DNA from: a virus
Lineage: Duplodnaviria > Heunggongvirae > Uroviricota > Caudoviricetes
DNA: 23,114 nucleotides
Direction: 5' to 3' (one strand)
Virus record (IMG/VR): IMGVR_UViG_3300028832_000101
Span: 113,380-136,493 of that record
Positions 19,801 to 23,114 of this stretch are shown here, in pieces (the stretch's first letter is position 1; each line of letters starts with the position of its first letter). The position numbers and the translations under genes are program-made. A model generated the notes under the pieces. It had not been told where the DNA came from, searched no databases, and saw only the letters and a list, made by a program, of their open reading frames with translations.

Positions 19801-22051
19801 GAGTTCCATCTTGAGTCTTTTGATATTGTTTAGCCGCTTCATTAAAGGCTTCAGATTTTTTACTTAAATCATCAATTTCTTCTTGACGTTCTTGAAATTT
19901 ATCATTTATTTCTTTGTTTATTGAATGAAGCTTTTCCTCATCAGCTAAATCTTTAATATATCCTTTTCTTTTCTCTTCTTCGACTCCCGCAACTTCTAAA
20001 GCTAAATCTATTTCTTGTTCTCTTGATTTTATTATATCTTCTCTATCCTTTGAAGAAGCAGAATTTAAATCAAGCATTAATTCATCAATAGCAGATTGCG
20101 CATCTGATAATTTTTCAGTTTCTCTTGTTGCTTGTTGTGATAATTGAACACTTCTTAGTTGTAAATTATTTATATTTCCTAAATATTCTTCATCTTCTTC
20201 TAACCAACCAGCTGTATTTTTTAAATTTGTTTCTCAATTTTCGGCTGCCCCAATCGATTCAGATAATTGTCCATATATTTGTTGTTGAGTTGCTAATTCT
20301 TCATAATCTTCTTTAGAAATATTTTGTCTAATTTGAAGTAAATCTAAAGAATATTTAGCTTCTGCTTGAACTCTTTCATCACTAGGGCTTTCGGCACCAT
20401 TTAATTCATAATCATTACGGATATTATTAGCAAGTTCTTGTTTAAATGCATCTGCATCTCTATTTTTGGTTTCAATATCAAAATTATTATTCATTCTTGC
20501 TGCGGCAGAACCTAATTGTTTACTAAATAAAGCAATTACATTTCCACCTAATATTCCAGTTAGATTATCTCCCAATCCAGTTAAATATGTATTAATACCT
20601 TTTAAAGCTCCGGTTAGCATATCTACGAAACCTTTAATTGATTTTTCATCTAAAAGTGTATCGTAAAATTTTTCAGCTTCAGTAGATAATTGTTGTAAAT
20701 GAGCTTCTAAGCTATCTAAATAAATTTCTTGTTGAGATTCTAATTTACCTGCAGATGTTTCCGCAGTAGTTAAATTAGTTTGGAATGTTTCCCAATTATC
20801 CATTAATGCAATTAATTGAGTATATTGTCTTGTACCGGCAACATTTTGTGCTAAAGCAACTTTTTGCGCATTATTTAATGTATTCCATGTTGCACCCATT
20901 TCATTCAAGATAGCATCCATTGTTTTTAATTCGCCATTACTATTTTTAATACTAATACCAACACTATTTAATGCTTCTGCATATTTACCTAATGTAGTAC
21001 CATCTTCTAAAGTTTCTCCTAATTCCAAATCTTGAATACGAGCAAATAATGTTTTAAATGCAGTACCTACAGTATCAGCACTTTGACGAGTCTCTGCAAC
21101 TACAGTAGCTAGTGCACTAGTAGCATATTCATAACTTAATCCTACTGTACCAGCAACTGCCGCGAATTTTTCTAGACCTTCAGAAATTTCTTCGGCACTT
21201 GAAGCTGTACTTGCTCCTAATGCAGTAATAACATCTGCATAATGTTCAAGTGATTTTGAGCCATCATCAAAATTATTTCAAATAGCAGTCATATATTCAG
21301 AAACTTCTTGAGTAGAAGTTCCTAATACATTTGCCATTTTTACAGTAATGTCAGTTCTATCTGTAACATCTTTACCTGTTAAACCTTGTTGATAGTAAAT
21401 TAAAGATGCTTTTGTATAATCTAAAGTAGAAGCACCTAATTCTTTTGCAGATTGATTTGCATATTTAGCAAATCTTTCCATTTGATCTGCAGTTTGACCA
21501 CTAACAATTCTAATATCATTTAAAGATGTATCTAAATTCTTTACATAACTATAGGCTTTTTCTAATGAACCTGTAAATGAATTAAATATACTTGAAGAAA
21601 TACCAAATCTAATAGTATTTGCAAAAGTTAATGCCATTTTATTTAATAATTCACTAGATTGTTTTAATTGAATATTTGTATTTAATACAGAACTAGCAAT
21701 ATTATTAAAAGCGGTTGTTCCGGCTGAACCAAGGTTATTTAATTGTGTTCTAAATTGTTGAATTCCGCCATAGGCTTGATTAATTTCTTTTTTGAAATTA
21801 GTTATATTTAATTGTCCACTTTTTAAATCCCAAGATTTACTTAAAACGCCAGAAAGTTTTTCAGCTTCTCTTGCAGCTTCTTGGAATCCTTTTTTTAAAT
21901 TAACTCCACCCATCCAGTTTTCGGATTCAAAAGATGATTTAATTTTTTGTGCGGACACAAGTAATTCTTCTAACTTTTGTCTAGACGCATCTAAATTCTT
22001 ATTATCAGTTTCAAACTTAAGACCTATGCGTAGTTCATTCTTTGTAACCAT
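13805..22051 (-). CDS. Tape measure protein (TP901-type N-terminal region), 2748 aa under code 4 (12 in-frame TGA)
   Basis: Ten track ORFs share one frame, and all gaps are free of TAA/TAG by hand translation. TGA at 21278, 20234, 19553, 19289, 18680, 18581, 18263, 18257, 17834, 16685, 15542 and 15119. Typical motifs: LDTSLNDIRIVSG, TALGASTASSAEEI, TVGTAFKTLFARI, LAQNVAGTRQ and C-terminal YDTGGYTG...LHQKELVLN. Long coiled-coil; AGGAGG RBS. Confidence 0.93.
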
Positions 22052-22080
22052 ATCCTTTTTCCTCCTTTATATTTTTACAG

Positions 22081-22124
22081 AAAATAAAAAATCCTTCTTA
22101 TCATATATTATGATAAAAAGGATT
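22081..22124 (-). terminator. Long hairpin / intrinsic terminator upstream of the tape measure gene
   Basis: 16-bp stem 22090-22105/22109-22124 whose only mismatch is a G-U wobble in the minus-strand RNA; a U-rich tract follows. Confidence 0.75.
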
Positions 22125-22147
22125 ATTCTATTAATTTACTTTGACCT
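22107..22147 (-). promoter_or_regulatory. Putative late promoter motif, copy 4, overlapping the hairpin
   Basis: AGGTCAAAGTAAATTAAT matches the GGNCNAA-N7-AAT core of copies 1-3; CATAAT at 22112-22107. Confidence 0.35.
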
Positions 22148-22676
22148 AGTTAGGTAATTGATTATTGTTTACAGATTTTGCATATTCTAATACATTTTTA
22201 AATTTTTCTTTATCAAAACCATCAACTAATTTTTGAATTTCATCTGCTTGAGTTTCAAAATTAGCTAATAAATTATTAAGTACTCCAGCAAAAGTATTTT
22301 GATTTTGATAAATATCTTTCATTTGTTGATTCAATTTAGATACTAAATCATTATATTCTTCTTCATTCATTGCCATAATGATTTTATCTAATAAACCATT
22401 ACTTTTTAAAGCATTATATATTTTTAAAGGTTCTTCTTTTTGTTTTTCTGTAAAAGTAATATTAGTATACATCATTACTATATATAAATTAAAAAATGCA
22501 TCTAATAAAGTTGGATTAAAAATAGAATCTTGTTTAGATTGTTCTAAAGAAATATTAATTAAAGCATTTTTATCTTCAATAGGTAAATATTGTAATACTT
22601 CAATATCTGTACCTTCAACTTTTTTAATTTCTTCATTTATTTTTAATTTTAGACTTGAATAAGTTATTTTTGCCAT
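22146..22676 (-). CDS. Hypothetical protein, possible tail assembly chaperone, 176 aa
   Basis: AGGAGG RBS, TAG stop, helical/acidic. The chaperone call rests only on its position upstream of the tape measure gene. Confidence 0.6.
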   Translation of the reverse strand: MAKITYSSLKLKINEEIKKVEGTDIEVLQYLPIEDKNALINISLEQSKQDSIFNPTLLDAFFNLYIVMMYTNITFTEKQKEEPLKIYNALKSNGLLDKIIMAMNEEEYNDLVSKLNQQMKDIYQNQNTFAGVLNNLLANFETQADEIQKLVDGFDKEKFKNVLEYAKSVNNNQLPN

Positions 22677-22706
22677 AACTAATTCCTCCTTTTCTCTCTT
22701 ATATAA

Positions 22707-22735
22707 ATTATAACATAAATTTTTTTACTATGCAA
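22707..22735 (-). promoter_or_regulatory. Sigma70/sigmaA-type promoter with extended -10
   Basis: TTGCAT (22735-22730), 17 bp, TATAAT (22712-22707), preceded by TG (TGTTATAAT); about 30 nt upstream of ATG 22676. Confidence 0.6.
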
Positions 22736-23114
22736 CTTTATCTAAATTTAAACTTAATTCCATAGTAATATTTCTATTTCTAATATCATTGATAATCATT
22801 CGGCTACGAGTTTCGCCTTCTTTGTTGCTAGTAGGATCAGTTTCTTTTTGATAATATCGATTATGAGCATTTTTTATATTATATTGATGCTTTTGAAGGT
22901 CTGATGAAACATAACTTTGATCATCTTTCTCATTAGAAATTTTTTCCATAATTTCTGCAACATTATATACTTTATCATTAATTACCATAAATCATGCAAA
23001 ATCATCTTTATCAAGCGATCCCGCTAATGCTAATGGTAAAAATGCAGCATGGAAATAATCATACATATCTTGCATTGCATTTTGCGCATCTTTATTTAAT
23101 TCTGCTGGTAGTTT
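22728..23114 (-). CDS. Hypothetical protein (partial, enters from the right edge; 1 in-frame TGA)
   Basis: The frame stays open from the edge through TGA 22992 (…DKDDFAWFMVIND…) to TAG 22728; 128 aa visible. The track start at 22988 has no RBS. Confidence 0.75.

Larger units (their letters stand above)
1..23114 (-). mobile_element. Tailed bacteriophage (Caudoviricetes) late region: tail, lysis and fibre genes, genetic code 4
   Basis: Co-oriented, tightly packed genes including a TP901-type tape measure protein, M23 endolysin, holin and fibre-like proteins. No bacterial housekeeping genes. Prophage versus free phage cannot be decided from this window. Confidence 0.95.

Noticed and set aside
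9056-20316. Alternative-frame minus ORFs 9056..9247 and 20125..20316
   Set aside because: Short, nested within the endolysin and tape measure genes, with no supporting signals.
9800-22051. Track fragments as separate genes or a decayed, pseudogenised prophage
   Set aside because: All fragments of each gene are in one frame, break only at TGA, lack RBSs at their internal starts, and the gaps contain no TAA/TAG or frameshifts. Random decay in AT-rich DNA would give mostly TAA.
22052-22300. Programmed -1 frameshift of tail chaperones (G/GT type)
   Set aside because: No convincing slippery heptamer noticed near the 3' end, no downstream ORF to shift into, and a terminator intervenes.
2511-22662. 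Plus-strand ORFs in the track (for example 2739..3014, 14204..14491, 16778..17035, 21792..22157)
   Set aside because: Antisense shadows of strong minus-strand genes; low-complexity F/S/I-rich translations; no RBS noticed.
2606-22730. TAG recoding (table 15)
   Set aside because: TAG appears only as a sensible terminal stop (2606, 22146, 22728), directly before the next RBS, terminator or promoter.
2145-23114. TGA as selenocysteine or glycine (table 25)
   Set aside because: Too many sites in non-redox structural proteins and no Cys-like contexts. In-window paralogous positions have Trp. Gly is not formally excluded without homologue alignments.
1-23114. Suppressor tRNA, CRISPR array, DGR template/RT, self-splicing intron or intein
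   Set aside because: Intergenic spaces are about 120 nt or less and are explained by RBS, terminator and promoter motifs. No cloverleaf, spaced repeats, RT or intein motifs seen by eye; tRNAscan-SE/Infernal were not run.

Overview
AT-rich segment of a tailed dsDNA phage late (tail and lysis) region. All credible genes are on the minus strand and most have strong AGGAGG-type ribosome binding sites. The key observation is that it does not use the standard genetic code. The fragmented ORF track is caused by 29 in-frame TGA codons. Reading TGA as Trp (table 4) and hand-translating every gap joins the fragments into a 2748-aa tape measure protein (13805..22051), a 1299-aa tail tip/central fibre protein (9800..13699), a 148-aa fibre-cluster protein (2145..2591) and a partial gene at the right edge. 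All 15 visible true gene ends use TAA (12) or TAG (3), never TGA. In transcription order: partial hypothetical, 176-aa putative tail chaperone, tape measure, tail tip, 72-aa hypothetical, M23 endolysin, holin, a cluster of mosaic fibre/accessory structural genes, and a partial tail fibre. TGA use is strikingly uneven: about half of Trp codons in the two large tail genes are TGA, but 0 of 27 are in the nine-gene block 2606..9774 that includes holin and endolysin. A conserved promoter-like motif sits next to each intrinsic terminator. No tRNA, release factor, integrase, CRISPR array or reverse transcriptase is visible, so the recoding machinery and the host cannot be determined from this window. 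Product names come from motif recognition, not database searches.
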